Shown: piece after piece, positions 36,444 to 44,539 of the stretch | How positions within the stretch are numbered: position 1 is the stretch's first letter | Layout of the letters: every line of letters starts with the position of its first letter | From: Methanobacteriota archaeon | GTDB taxonomy: Archaea; Thermoplasmatota; Poseidoniia; MGIII; CG-Epi1 | Assembly: GCA_016845825.1 (NCBI GenBank) | Contig: JAERSJ010000036.1 | Coordinates: 1 to 44,539 of the forward strand | DNA: 44,539 nt | Direction: 5' to 3' | Made by a program: the position numbers and the translations under genes | The notes under the pieces: model-generated | The model's input: the letters and a program-made list of their open reading frames with translations, nothing else | Database searches by the model: none | What the model was told of the DNA's origin: nothing

Positions 36444-38723
36444 TTAGTTCCCGAATAAGGAATCTTTGTAGATATATCCGACAGCGCCGATTGAAATTAC
36501 TACTACTAATACCAATAAGATAATCGAAGTATCATTTGAAGTCTCCTTAGATGTAACTGAAATGTCTTTGGCTAATTGGTTTTTCTCACCATCGTCGCTT
36601 CCTTCATTCACCATATCAGTTGAATCTGCAACTACAAATATTGTGTGAGTTCCTGCAACTGCTTTCCAAGATACAGAAACATTCATTCCGCCTTCAATTC
36701 CTTTTGTTAAATTAGAACCATCAACCAAAACTGAACCGATTTGAGTTTCTAAATCGTCGAGGAAGAAACCAACTTGAACCTCTCCAGTTACATTCATCTT
36801 AGCTAATTTTAGAACTGCATTTAATTCAATTGTATCTCCTTCGTCAGGAGTATCATCACTGAAAGACAATTGTGAAATGTAGAGATCAGGTCTGTCCATT
36901 TCTTCAACTGCTACTACAAGCATCTTCTGATTAGTATTATTTGATGAATCTGTTACTACTAAAATTACTTCATAACCTGTTGATGAAACATTTTCAAAGG
37001 TGTGAGTGACTTCTTTTCCTTGCATGTTAGTACCATCTGAGAAATCCCATTCATAGCTCAAAGAAGCTCCTGAATTATCACCAGATAATCCTGCGTTGAA
37101 GTTTACAGGTACGCCTTCAATTGCAGCGAAGTTGACTGTGTCTCCATCACTGTTGACATATGACCAATTGAAATTTACACTTGGTGGAGTAATGTCATGA
37201 ACTTTCACTGATGATGAAGTAGATGCCGTATTTCCTGCACCGTCTGCTACTGTTAATACAACATTAAAATCACCTGGTGTTTCGAATGAGTGACTTACTA
37301 CTTTACCAGTATCTGTGTTACCATCTCCAAAATCCCATGAATATGATGAAACTGAAGAGGTTACATCGCTGGACTCAGACGCATTGAAAACAACTGTACT
37401 GAAATCTTCAATAACATTTGTTGCGTTAACTGCTGAACCCGGATCTTCAACATTTTCTTTAACCAATGATGTAAATGAAGCAACTGGATTATCTGCGTCT
37501 GCGGTTACGCTAACTGTAACAGTATCTGTTGCTCCAAAATTATCTGTAACTGTTAAAGAAACTACATTCGAAGTTCCTGTAAAAGTAGAATTATAGGATA
37601 CGTCTGTATTGTCTGCACCCCAGTCATATGATGAGATACCTACAACAGAGATAGAACCTGAAGCTGAGAAATTAATTGCTCCGCCTTCTGTAACAACATA
37701 ATCATCACTGTTACCAGATATCTTGGCTGTTGGTCCCATATTTAGGTGTATAATTCTATCATGAAGCATTGGTAAATTTGATTGACTGCCAAGAGTTGGT
37801 AAACTTGGAACGTAGATAACATCATCATTTCCTAAGTTATTTTCTCCTAGAACCATTTCAAATGAGTTCGTACCACTTACATCTGATAGTTTAGTTACAG
37901 TAGGCTTGTGATCTTCATGGTAAGCATAAACATAGACTGAGTTTCCAGTATCTGGACTCAAAATGTAAGTTGCTCCACCAAATTTAGTTGCCTCTGTCCA
38001 TGATGAGTTTGACTCTTCATACATGAAAACTGTTGCATCATTAATTATGTTGTCTGAACTGTCTTTAACATTGATACTTTGGTCGTTATCTTGTGTAACT
38101 GCACTCAATGCAAACTCATGAGGTCCTGAAAAATCTACAGATGCTGCATTGTGTGTATAGTGATCATCTGAATCTACACGTGCATCAAAAGTAGTTCCTG
38201 GCATGTTAGTAAATTCATAATTTCCAGTTTCGTCGGAAGTTGTAGACCAGGAATAACCTGCGTCATCATATCCCCACCATGAATCTTCAAAAACTGTGGT
38301 GGAAAAAAGTGTTACTGTAGCTCCAGAAACTGCAATTCCATTACCTGTTACTGTTCCAGAAACTGTAGTAGCTCCAGCTGGTGCTGCAACCATAGATACT
38401 GTATCCAAAGGACCATCTGCTGAAACTGACAAATTGTTTCTAATTGAAAGATATCCTTCTTTCATGTACATTATATCATAGTCTCCAGATTCTACATTCG
38501 TGAAGGAATAATATCCATCTTCAAGAGTTGATGTTGTTTTCTTGTATCCGGAATCCCTGTCCAAAATTGTTATTGAAACATTGGAATTGTTGTCAGAAAC
38601 AAAACCATTGAGATCGTATCTTGCTGCAGATGCATTATCAGATACTAATAGCCCTAAGAAAGCTCCAGAAAGAAGCATTACTACGGCTAACAAAGCTATA
38701 CGCGAGTTTCGCTGTTCAGTCAT
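36444..38723 (-). CDS. Large surface protein: carboxypeptidase-regulatory-like domains, PKD domains, CARDB-like domain, C-terminal TM anchor
   Basis: Start moved to 'MTEQRNSRIALLAVVMLLSG' (38723). It has 'DGYYSFTNVESGDYDIMY' and 'ETGNYEFTNMPG' beta-sandwich motifs. PKD hallmarks are 'YSWDFGDGNT' and 'YEWDFSDGTN'. C-terminal TM 'IILLVLVVVISIGAVGYIY'. Confidence 0.85.
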   Translation of the reverse strand: MTEQRNSRIALLAVVMLLSGAFLGLLVSDNASAARYDLNGFVSDNNSNVSITILDRDSGYKKTTSTLEDGYYSFTNVESGDYDIMYMKEGYLSIRNNLSVSADGPLDTVSMVAAPAGATTVSGTVTGNGIAVSGATVTLFSTTVFEDSWWGYDDAGYSWSTTSDETGNYEFTNMPGTTFDARVDSDDHYTHNAASVDFSGPHEFALSAVTQDNDQSINVKDSSDNIINDATVFMYEESNSSWTEATKFGGATYILSPDTGNSVYVYAYHEDHKPTVTKLSDVSGTNSFEMVLGENNLGNDDVIYVPSLPTLGSQSNLPMLHDRIIHLNMGPTAKISGNSDDYVVTEGGAINFSASGSISVVGISSYDWGADNTDVSYNSTFTGTSNVVSLTVTDNFGATDTVTVSVTADADNPVASFTSLVKENVEDPGSAVNATNVIEDFSTVVFNASESSDVTSSVSSYSWDFGDGNTDTGKVVSHSFETPGDFNVVLTVADGAGNTASTSSSVKVHDITPPSVNFNWSYVNSDGDTVNFAAIEGVPVNFNAGLSGDNSGASLSYEWDFSDGTNMQGKEVTHTFENVSSTGYEVILVVTDSSNNTNQKMLVVAVEEMDRPDLYISQLSFSDDTPDEGDTIELNAVLKLAKMNVTGEVQVGFFLDDLETQIGSVLVDGSNLTKGIEGGMNVSVSWKAVAGTHTIFVVADSTDMVNEGSDDGEKNQLAKDISVTSKETSNDTSIILLVLVVVISIGAVGYIYKDSLFGN

Positions 38724-38835
38724 TTTTGTTACTCCCGTTAGATATTCTCTAACGCGGGGTCCGCCGGACAAGAACCGCATTTATAAAGGATTGTTAAAGC
38801 AAAAATAAGGCCATTTATCGTCGACAAAAGACTAA

Positions 38836-41697
38836 CTATGAAACGAAAATTGCGGGTCTTAGAGGTGCACTTTGCTTAGATTTCGGTTCTAGACGAGAAA
38901 CTGCATTTTCAGCGTTAATTACTGAAACTGGGCATTCAAATATTTTGCTAAAGAAGTCAATTGAAGACTCCAAAATTGCCTTTTCATCAATTAGAACTTT
39001 GTACCTTTCTTGCCATTCTGGACCAAGTGAAGGAATGTCTTTCAGAACCCATTTTTTCAAAAATTCAGCGCCAACTTTCTTTGAATCATTAGGTATCTGC
39101 GGCATAAAACTTCCAATTAATTGATTTAATTTAACTTGACCTCTTCCGTCTGCTAAATCTCCTGCAGCTTGAACTGCTTCCCACTTCCATTTTGGAGAAG
39201 TAATAAGTACAATTTCACTAGGTTTCTCAATTTTTGCAATATTCAAAATAGCTTTAGTATCTTCTAAAGTTTGTTTAATCAAATCCTCACCTATTAGGAA
39301 GCCGATATCTGATTCCTTGCCTTTAGGAAATTGTTGATTTATGACAAAGCCTTCCTCATCAAGTAGAGACCATGCTTCTTCTGCAATGTGAGGAACTACT
39401 GGAGCTATTCCTCTAGTAATCATCGAAAGATACTCGTGTAAAATTTCTGCATTTGGCTCTCCCACTCTCTGCAAGTACCATTTGTAATACTGCGGTAACT
39501 CGAAAAACAATAATCGCGTAGATGTTCTGAATTTTAAGCGATCTGAAGCTTTGGTAGCTTTGTAAGCTGTGTCAGACATTATTGCCCTAAACCAATCATC
39601 AACAGGATGTGAATCTCTACGTCCTTTGCCTCTATTTTCTTTTACAAAGTTCAACCAATTCTCTAGCTTTTTTCCTGCAGTTTCAGCAAAAGATAATTCC
39701 CAATTAGGATCATCCAATCCTTCCCCTGCATTACAAAGCGTAAACCTGACTACATCTGCACTGTAATTTGTAACTAATTCTTTTAATGTGAAAAAATTAC
39801 CTTTAGATTTAGACATTTTTTCACCATCAACTAAAACCCATCCATTAACTGCAAAACCTTTCGGCCACATTTCTTTCTCAAACATGGCTGTATGATTATA
39901 CAAACTAAACGAAAGGTGATTTTGTATCAAATCTTTACCGCTAACTCTCAAATCATATGGGTACCAATAATTGAATTCATTGCGCCAATCAAGGATATCT
40001 GCCTGTGGAATTCCCAGCTCCTCTGATGCTTCTTTCGTGTTTCCACTGCCAAATATGGCTTCGAACAAAGTATCTGTTAGCTTGTCTTCATCCAAATCTT
40101 TCAGATGATGGGCTACGGTGTAGAAAGCCATGTAAATTGTAGAATCGCTCAATGATTCAATAACCCAGTTATCGTCCCAAGGTAACCTAGTTCCAAGACC
40201 TTTTTCACGGACACAAGCCCAATTATTCAACCATTGAAGAACATATTCGAATTGATTTCGAGCTTTCGAAGGATATAATTCCATTGATTTCAAAGCAAGT
40301 TCTGTAGTTTCAGTCCACTTTTCATCACCATAAGCCAAAAACCATTGATTGTCTACAATTTTTACTTTACAATCAGCCATCCACCTTGATTTGACTGGTC
40401 CAGTTAATTCATAGTAAACAATTGCTTCACTATTTTCAACTAGTTTTGTTTTAACCATTTCCCGAGCTTCAGCAACTGGCTTTCCAGAAATGAAACCTGA
40501 GGACTCAAGCATTACGCCATTGTTGAAGCTGTGTAAGTACAACTCTTGTTTGGCCTTTTCGAGCTTGCTACGATCGGTTTGATCTTTGATTCCTAATTTC
40601 TTACACAAATCAGGAGCCGGTAAGGTTCCCATTTCTCCTGAATCTAAAATGGCAATTGGTTCTAATTTACTTACTTCTGCAAAGTCAATTCCCCATGATT
40701 TACATTCTTTTTCAGAATTTTGAAGATCTATAAGTCCTTGATAATCATCAGGTGAATCACTTGGAACTGATGTAACAATTCCTGAACCTATTGAAGCATC
40801 ACAGAATTTAGAAGGTAAAACCATCAATTCTTTATGAATTTCAGGAGCTTGGTACTTCTTACCAATTATATCTCTGCCTTCTACTGAACCAAGAACTTCC
40901 ACCTCATGCCCTTGTAACTCCAGTTTAGATGGCATCTCTTCGGACATAATCCAAGTTTCATTACCAACTTTTGCTTTAGCATATGTCCCTTCTCCATCTA
41001 TCCATATATTTGTTTGACCAAACACAGTTTCAGGACGAAGTGTTGCAGCAACTAAGTAATCATCATCACCTTTGAATTTCAATAATGTATATTCTTGGGG
41101 TGTTTCTCCTTCACCAGATAATCTGTCATGATCTCCAACTACTGTTCCTCTCTTAGGACACCAAACAACTGGAAAACTTCCTTTGATTAGATATTCACCA
41201 GCTAATAGTTTATTGAATTGCCAACGAATGAATGCATCGTATGGTGGATTCAAACTGGTTGTAATGAAACTTCTACGCCAATCTATAGAGGCACCAAATT
41301 TTTTAAGGTCAGTAATCGCTTTATCGGGAAAATGCTTAGTCCATTCTTCCGGTTTAGAAAATTTCTTGATTAATGTATCACTCAAACCCATCTGTTTCAG
41401 TGCTTTGATTTGAGTTTTTTCACCTTCTTCTACGCGTTGAGCTGCAGCCACAATTGGGGTGCCTGTACAGTGAAAAGCAAAAGGAAATAATACATTCTTA
41501 TTTTGCATTCTTTGATATCGTGAAACCATATCGGCTCTCAAATAAGTAAAAGCATGTCCTAAGTGCAAATACCCATTCATGTAAGGATATGGACAATTAA
41601 CAAAATACTTCTCTTTATCTCCACCTGGCTCAGACTCATAGGCTTTGGCTTCGGTCCATTTTTTTTGCCATTTAGACTCTATTGCCTTGGGATTCAC
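38836..41697 (-). CDS. leuS: Leucyl-tRNA synthetase (archaeal/eukaryal type)
   Basis: HIGH motif 'MNGYLHLGH', KMSKS 'GEKMSKSKGN', CP1 editing insert; 953 aa. Confidence 0.95.
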   Translation of the reverse strand: MNPKAIESKWQKKWTEAKAYESEPGGDKEKYFVNCPYPYMNGYLHLGHAFTYLRADMVSRYQRMQNKNVLFPFAFHCTGTPIVAAAQRVEEGEKTQIKALKQMGLSDTLIKKFSKPEEWTKHFPDKAITDLKKFGASIDWRRSFITTSLNPPYDAFIRWQFNKLLAGEYLIKGSFPVVWCPKRGTVVGDHDRLSGEGETPQEYTLLKFKGDDDYLVAATLRPETVFGQTNIWIDGEGTYAKAKVGNETWIMSEEMPSKLELQGHEVEVLGSVEGRDIIGKKYQAPEIHKELMVLPSKFCDASIGSGIVTSVPSDSPDDYQGLIDLQNSEKECKSWGIDFAEVSKLEPIAILDSGEMGTLPAPDLCKKLGIKDQTDRSKLEKAKQELYLHSFNNGVMLESSGFISGKPVAEAREMVKTKLVENSEAIVYYELTGPVKSRWMADCKVKIVDNQWFLAYGDEKWTETTELALKSMELYPSKARNQFEYVLQWLNNWACVREKGLGTRLPWDDNWVIESLSDSTIYMAFYTVAHHLKDLDEDKLTDTLFEAIFGSGNTKEASEELGIPQADILDWRNEFNYWYPYDLRVSGKDLIQNHLSFSLYNHTAMFEKEMWPKGFAVNGWVLVDGEKMSKSKGNFFTLKELVTNYSADVVRFTLCNAGEGLDDPNWELSFAETAGKKLENWLNFVKENRGKGRRDSHPVDDWFRAIMSDTAYKATKASDRLKFRTSTRLLFFELPQYYKWYLQRVGEPNAEILHEYLSMITRGIAPVVPHIAEEAWSLLDEEGFVINQQFPKGKESDIGFLIGEDLIKQTLEDTKAILNIAKIEKPSEIVLITSPKWKWEAVQAAGDLADGRGQVKLNQLIGSFMPQIPNDSKKVGAEFLKKWVLKDIPSLGPEWQERYKVLIDEKAILESSIDFFSKIFECPVSVINAENAVSRLEPKSKQSAPLRPAIFVS

Positions 41698-41819
41698 AAT
41701 GTGCGAGAAGAGGGACCCTTAAAAAAATAGACAAAAATAGAAAAAAAACAAAAAAATGTGTTAAAAAAGGCCAAAAGTAAGCAATAGTAATTATAGGACC
41801 TCTCAATGCGCAGTGACCG

Positions 41820-42722
41820 ATGTTACGTTATGGACCTGCGGGAATCCCACTATCTTGTAAAGGAAGAAATATTCGAGATGGAATTGAAGACATACACGCA
41901 CTAGGATTACATTGTATGGAAATACAATTAGTCAGAGGTAAATATGTTGACGAATTAGATGACTTTGAAGAATTGGGAGCTATCGCTCAATCACTTGATA
42001 TCCACATGGGAATACATGCTCCATATTACATGGATTTCCTTGGAAATGGATACATGCGTAACAAATCAATTAAGTTCCTAGAATTTGCGGGAGAAGTCGG
42101 CAATATGATTGGTGCAAGAAGAATTGTAACTCATATTGGACCATACAATGGAATCTCATCAAAGGATGCGATTGACAGACTAGTCCCAATTTTCCAACAA
42201 ATGAGAAATCATTACTTAGAAAAAGGATACACTTCACAAATTTGCTTTGAATTAGCTGGTAAACACGATTTATTTGGAAGCATTAGGGAAATAACCGAAT
42301 TGTGTCGCCGTGTCAAAGGAACTGCACCATGTATCAACTGGCCTCACTTGCATGCAAGAGGAAACCGATGGTTGAATGATCGCGAAAGTTTCAAACGTGT
42401 ATTTGATTATTTACAAGCTTCATTAGGATTAACAAAATTCTATACTCATTTTTCTGGTGTTGAATTTGATATTGAAGGAAACGAAAGGCACTATTCACCA
42501 ATCAAAAAAGGAGAAATTAAATTTGAATATTTAGCTGAAGTTATCTTAGAAAATGGTTACAATGTGCTAACTATTTCAGATTCTCCATTGATGGAACACG
42601 ATGCAATGTACATGAAGTTAATCACTGAAAGAGTACAATCCAGAAGAATGGAAAGAATTGCAAGGCGTGAAGCTGCAGATAAAATTAAGGAATCAAGAAA
42701 AGCAGCCGCTGAAGCTAAGTAA
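41820..42722 (+). CDS. AP-endonuclease-family-2 TIM-barrel protein (endonuclease IV-like) with a basic C-terminal tail
   Basis: Ordered metal-ligand-like blocks 'GIHAPYY', 'VTHIGP', 'FELAG', 'WPHLHA', 'THFSGVE' resemble Nfo/xylose-isomerase-like barrels. Assigned at family level only. Confidence 0.6.
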   Translation: MLRYGPAGIPLSCKGRNIRDGIEDIHALGLHCMEIQLVRGKYVDELDDFEELGAIAQSLDIHMGIHAPYYMDFLGNGYMRNKSIKFLEFAGEVGNMIGARRIVTHIGPYNGISSKDAIDRLVPIFQQMRNHYLEKGYTSQICFELAGKHDLFGSIREITELCRRVKGTAPCINWPHLHARGNRWLNDRESFKRVFDYLQASLGLTKFYTHFSGVEFDIEGNERHYSPIKKGEIKFEYLAEVILENGYNVLTISDSPLMEHDAMYMKLITERVQSRRMERIARREAADKIKESRKAAAEAK

Positions 42723-42766
42723 TTTTTCTAAACATAGCCTTTTTTGAAGGACTGTTGTTGGCAACT

Positions 42767-44404
42767 ATGAACAAATACGCATCATTTGCGTTAGCTTTCC
42801 TACTGGTTTTCAGTGGATGTCTCGGTGGATCTGACAACGATTTAACCACAGAAGAAAATACTGTAGAACCTGTTGGTGAAACTGATTTTACAAGTCTTGA
42901 GAAAGATTTAGAAAATCTTACAACTATGATAAATTCAGAAATTGCAAGACTGGATAACTTGGAAACTCTAGTCGAAGGAATCGATGACTCTGAAGATACC
43001 TTGGAAGCTTTAGGTTGTGGGGAAAATGAAATTGCTGCGTACGATGGAATGGAATGGAGATGTGCTCATGTTCAACAATTCCTTCCACCACTGGATGAAG
43101 CTGTTTGGGACATTATTTCATCAGATTTTGAAGAAGTAAGAGATGATTTAGAATATGCAAGAAATATGACCGATTCTATGTGGGCAGATATTGATTATAT
43201 GTTAGATATCATGAACAATAACTCACAAGAAATTTATCTTGATATGGAAAACATGAGTGATCGTTTTGCAACAGATATTGATGAAATTTATGAAGATATG
43301 GACAATATGGGTTACACAATCTATGATCATATGGACAATATGTCTTGGATGATTTACAGTATGAATGACACTTTATGGGAAATTTCTGATGACATCGATT
43401 ACCTGTATGCTGACGTAGATAATCTTTGGGAAGTTGTATACAGAATGCAGAAAGAAATGGATAATATGACCGAAGAGATTGATGAAATGACCTCCGAAAT
43501 GGAAGAAATGCAAGAGCGAATTAATGAACTGGAAAATATGACCTCTTGCCGACTAGTCCCATACAGTAATTGTGCCGGTACAGATTTCAATAATACCAAC
43601 TTGTCTGGAATGGATTTGACTGGAATTAATCTAGAAGGCGCAGATTTCTCTTATGTTAATTTGTCTAATGCTAAGCTTGACTATGCCAGACTAAATAACG
43701 TCGATTTTATAGGTTCAAATTTAACTGGAACTACGTTTAGTTTTGCTGAGATAAATTTTGGAACAATGCAGAACACAATACTTGAAGATGCGGACTTTGC
43801 CCATGCCGATTTGGAAAATATCTTTTTGAGGTATTCTGACCTAACTAATGCAAACCTCTTTGGTGCTGACCTAACAGATGCAAAGCTCAACTATGCTAAC
43901 CTAACGAATGCATACCTCAACTATGCTGACCTAACGAATGCAGACCTCAACTATGCTGACCTAACAGATGCAAGCCTCTACCGTGCTGACCTAATTGATG
44001 CAAACCTAAGAAGGGCTGACCTAACGAATGCAGACCTTTACGGTGCTGACCTAACAGATGCATACCTCTACGATGCTGACCTAACGAATGCAGACCTCAA
44101 CTATGCTGACCTAGCGAATGCACACCTCCAATATGCTGACCTAACAAGTGCAAACCTCAACTATGCTGACCTAACGAATGCTGACTTCCAAGATGCTGAC
44201 CTAACGAATGCAGACCTCAACTATGCTGACCTAACGAATGCAGACTTCCAAGATGCCGACCTAGTATATGCAACACTATCTGAAGCTGACTTAAAATTTG
44301 CAAAGTTCTCTGGAGCCACAGTAACAAACACTAATTTCGATGACACATATTGGCATGAAACAATGTGGACCGATGGCGTAAGGTACGATACTAACCAGGC
44401 TTGA
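42767..44404 (+). CDS. Lipobox-bearing secreted protein: Asp/Met-rich periodic stalk plus ~50 pentapeptide repeats
   Basis: Start at the ATG at 42767 ('MNKYASFALAFLLVFSGCLGG'). The middle carries 'MDNMGYTIYDHMDNMSWMIY...MDNMTEEIDEMTSEMEEMQ'. The C-terminal ~270 aa are A(D/N)LxxA-type pentapeptides ('NYADLTNADLNYADLTDASLYRADL...'). Confidence 0.85.
   Translation: MNKYASFALAFLLVFSGCLGGSDNDLTTEENTVEPVGETDFTSLEKDLENLTTMINSEIARLDNLETLVEGIDDSEDTLEALGCGENEIAAYDGMEWRCAHVQQFLPPLDEAVWDIISSDFEEVRDDLEYARNMTDSMWADIDYMLDIMNNNSQEIYLDMENMSDRFATDIDEIYEDMDNMGYTIYDHMDNMSWMIYSMNDTLWEISDDIDYLYADVDNLWEVVYRMQKEMDNMTEEIDEMTSEMEEMQERINELENMTSCRLVPYSNCAGTDFNNTNLSGMDLTGINLEGADFSYVNLSNAKLDYARLNNVDFIGSNLTGTTFSFAEINFGTMQNTILEDADFAHADLENIFLRYSDLTNANLFGADLTDAKLNYANLTNAYLNYADLTNADLNYADLTDASLYRADLIDANLRRADLTNADLYGADLTDAYLYDADLTNADLNYADLANAHLQYADLTSANLNYADLTNADFQDADLTNADLNYADLTNADFQDADLVYATLSEADLKFAKFSGATVTNTNFDDTYWHETMWTDGVRYDTNQA
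43831..44280 (+). repeat. In-frame 30-bp tandem repeat array (~15 units) inside the pentapeptide-repeat CDS
   Basis: Consensus unit: ctatgctgacctaacgaatgcagacctcaa. The 41-nt string atgctgacctaacgaatgcagacctcaactatgctgaccta occurs exactly at 43923, 44073 and 44193. Confidence 0.9.
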
Positions 44405-44411
44405 AGTCAAG

Positions 44412-44420
44412 TAATATATA
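44412..44420 (+). promoter_or_regulatory. TATA-box-like element for the 5S rRNA gene
   Basis: TAATATATA is centred about 26 nt upstream of the predicted 5S 5' end. That is the expected archaeal TATA-to-TSS distance. Confidence 0.35.
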
Positions 44421-44440
44421 CAGCCTCTAAATCAAGAGCT

Positions 44441-44539
<99 letters not shown>

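Noticed and set aside
38724-38780. An upstream extension ('MRFLSGGPRVREYLTGVTK') of the PKD surface protein
   Set aside because: The signal-peptide-like N-terminus begins at the internal Met ('MTEQRNSRIALLAVVMLLSG'), and the extension has no supporting context. The start remains somewhat uncertain.
41698-41819. An A-rich 122-bp spacer ('aaaaaaatagacaaaaatagaaaaaaaacaaaaaaatg') as a possible ncRNA or repeat element
   Set aside because: It is low-complexity poly-A with no stems or conserved boxes. It fits a divergent promoter region between leuS and the endonuclease IV-like gene.
43831-44280. A regular 30-bp repeat array that could be mistaken for a CRISPR array
   Set aside because: The units are contiguous with no spacers, lie in frame inside a long ORF and encode pentapeptide repeats. 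There are no cas genes or leader.

Overview
This is an AT-rich, very gene-dense chromosomal segment. Most intergenic gaps are under 130 bp and many start/stop codons overlap. It comes from an archaeon, most consistent with a marine planktonic Thermoplasmatota lineage (Marine Group II/III-like). That placement is an inference. It rests on archaeal information-processing genes (eL42/L44e, eS27, aIF2-alpha, Nop10, PAC2, RpoK, uS2, Tsr3, archaeal DnaG, PGF-CTERM surface proteins) sitting beside bacterial-type GroES/GroEL, a bacterial-type ThrRS and a PlsC-like acyltransferase.

I call about 47 CDS, tRNA-Ser(UGA), tRNA-His(GUG) and the 5' part of an orphan 5S rRNA cut by the window end. Two conserved small genes missing from the ORF track were found by hand translation: Nop10 (5992-6153) and ribosomal protein eS27 (6923-7093).

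Most of the window is ordinary housekeeping:
- aminoacyl-tRNA synthetases thrS, hisS and leuS
- eno, tpiA, nadC, pyrF and pdxS
- methylmalonyl-CoA mutase plus a carboxyltransferase
- tdh-kbl threonine catabolism
- msrB, ogt and bcp

I see no CRISPR array, transposase, integrase, or recognisable defence or toxin-antitoxin system. The parts housekeeping does not explain are:
1. Two tandem paralogous acidic PGF-CTERM surface proteins (10260-14326).
2. A lipobox protein with an Asp/Met-rich periodic stalk and about 50 pentapeptide repeats, encoded by a near-perfect 30-bp tandem DNA array (42767-44404).
3. A small internally duplicated basic protein next to a membrane-protein trio (2204-5243).
4. 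A compact phage-like ATP-dependent DNA ligase wedged between tRNA-His and hisS.
5. Loss of the zinc-ribbon cysteines from both eL42 and eS27.
6. An imperfect palindrome in the groES promoter.

All functional calls come from motif recognition by eye. No database search was run.
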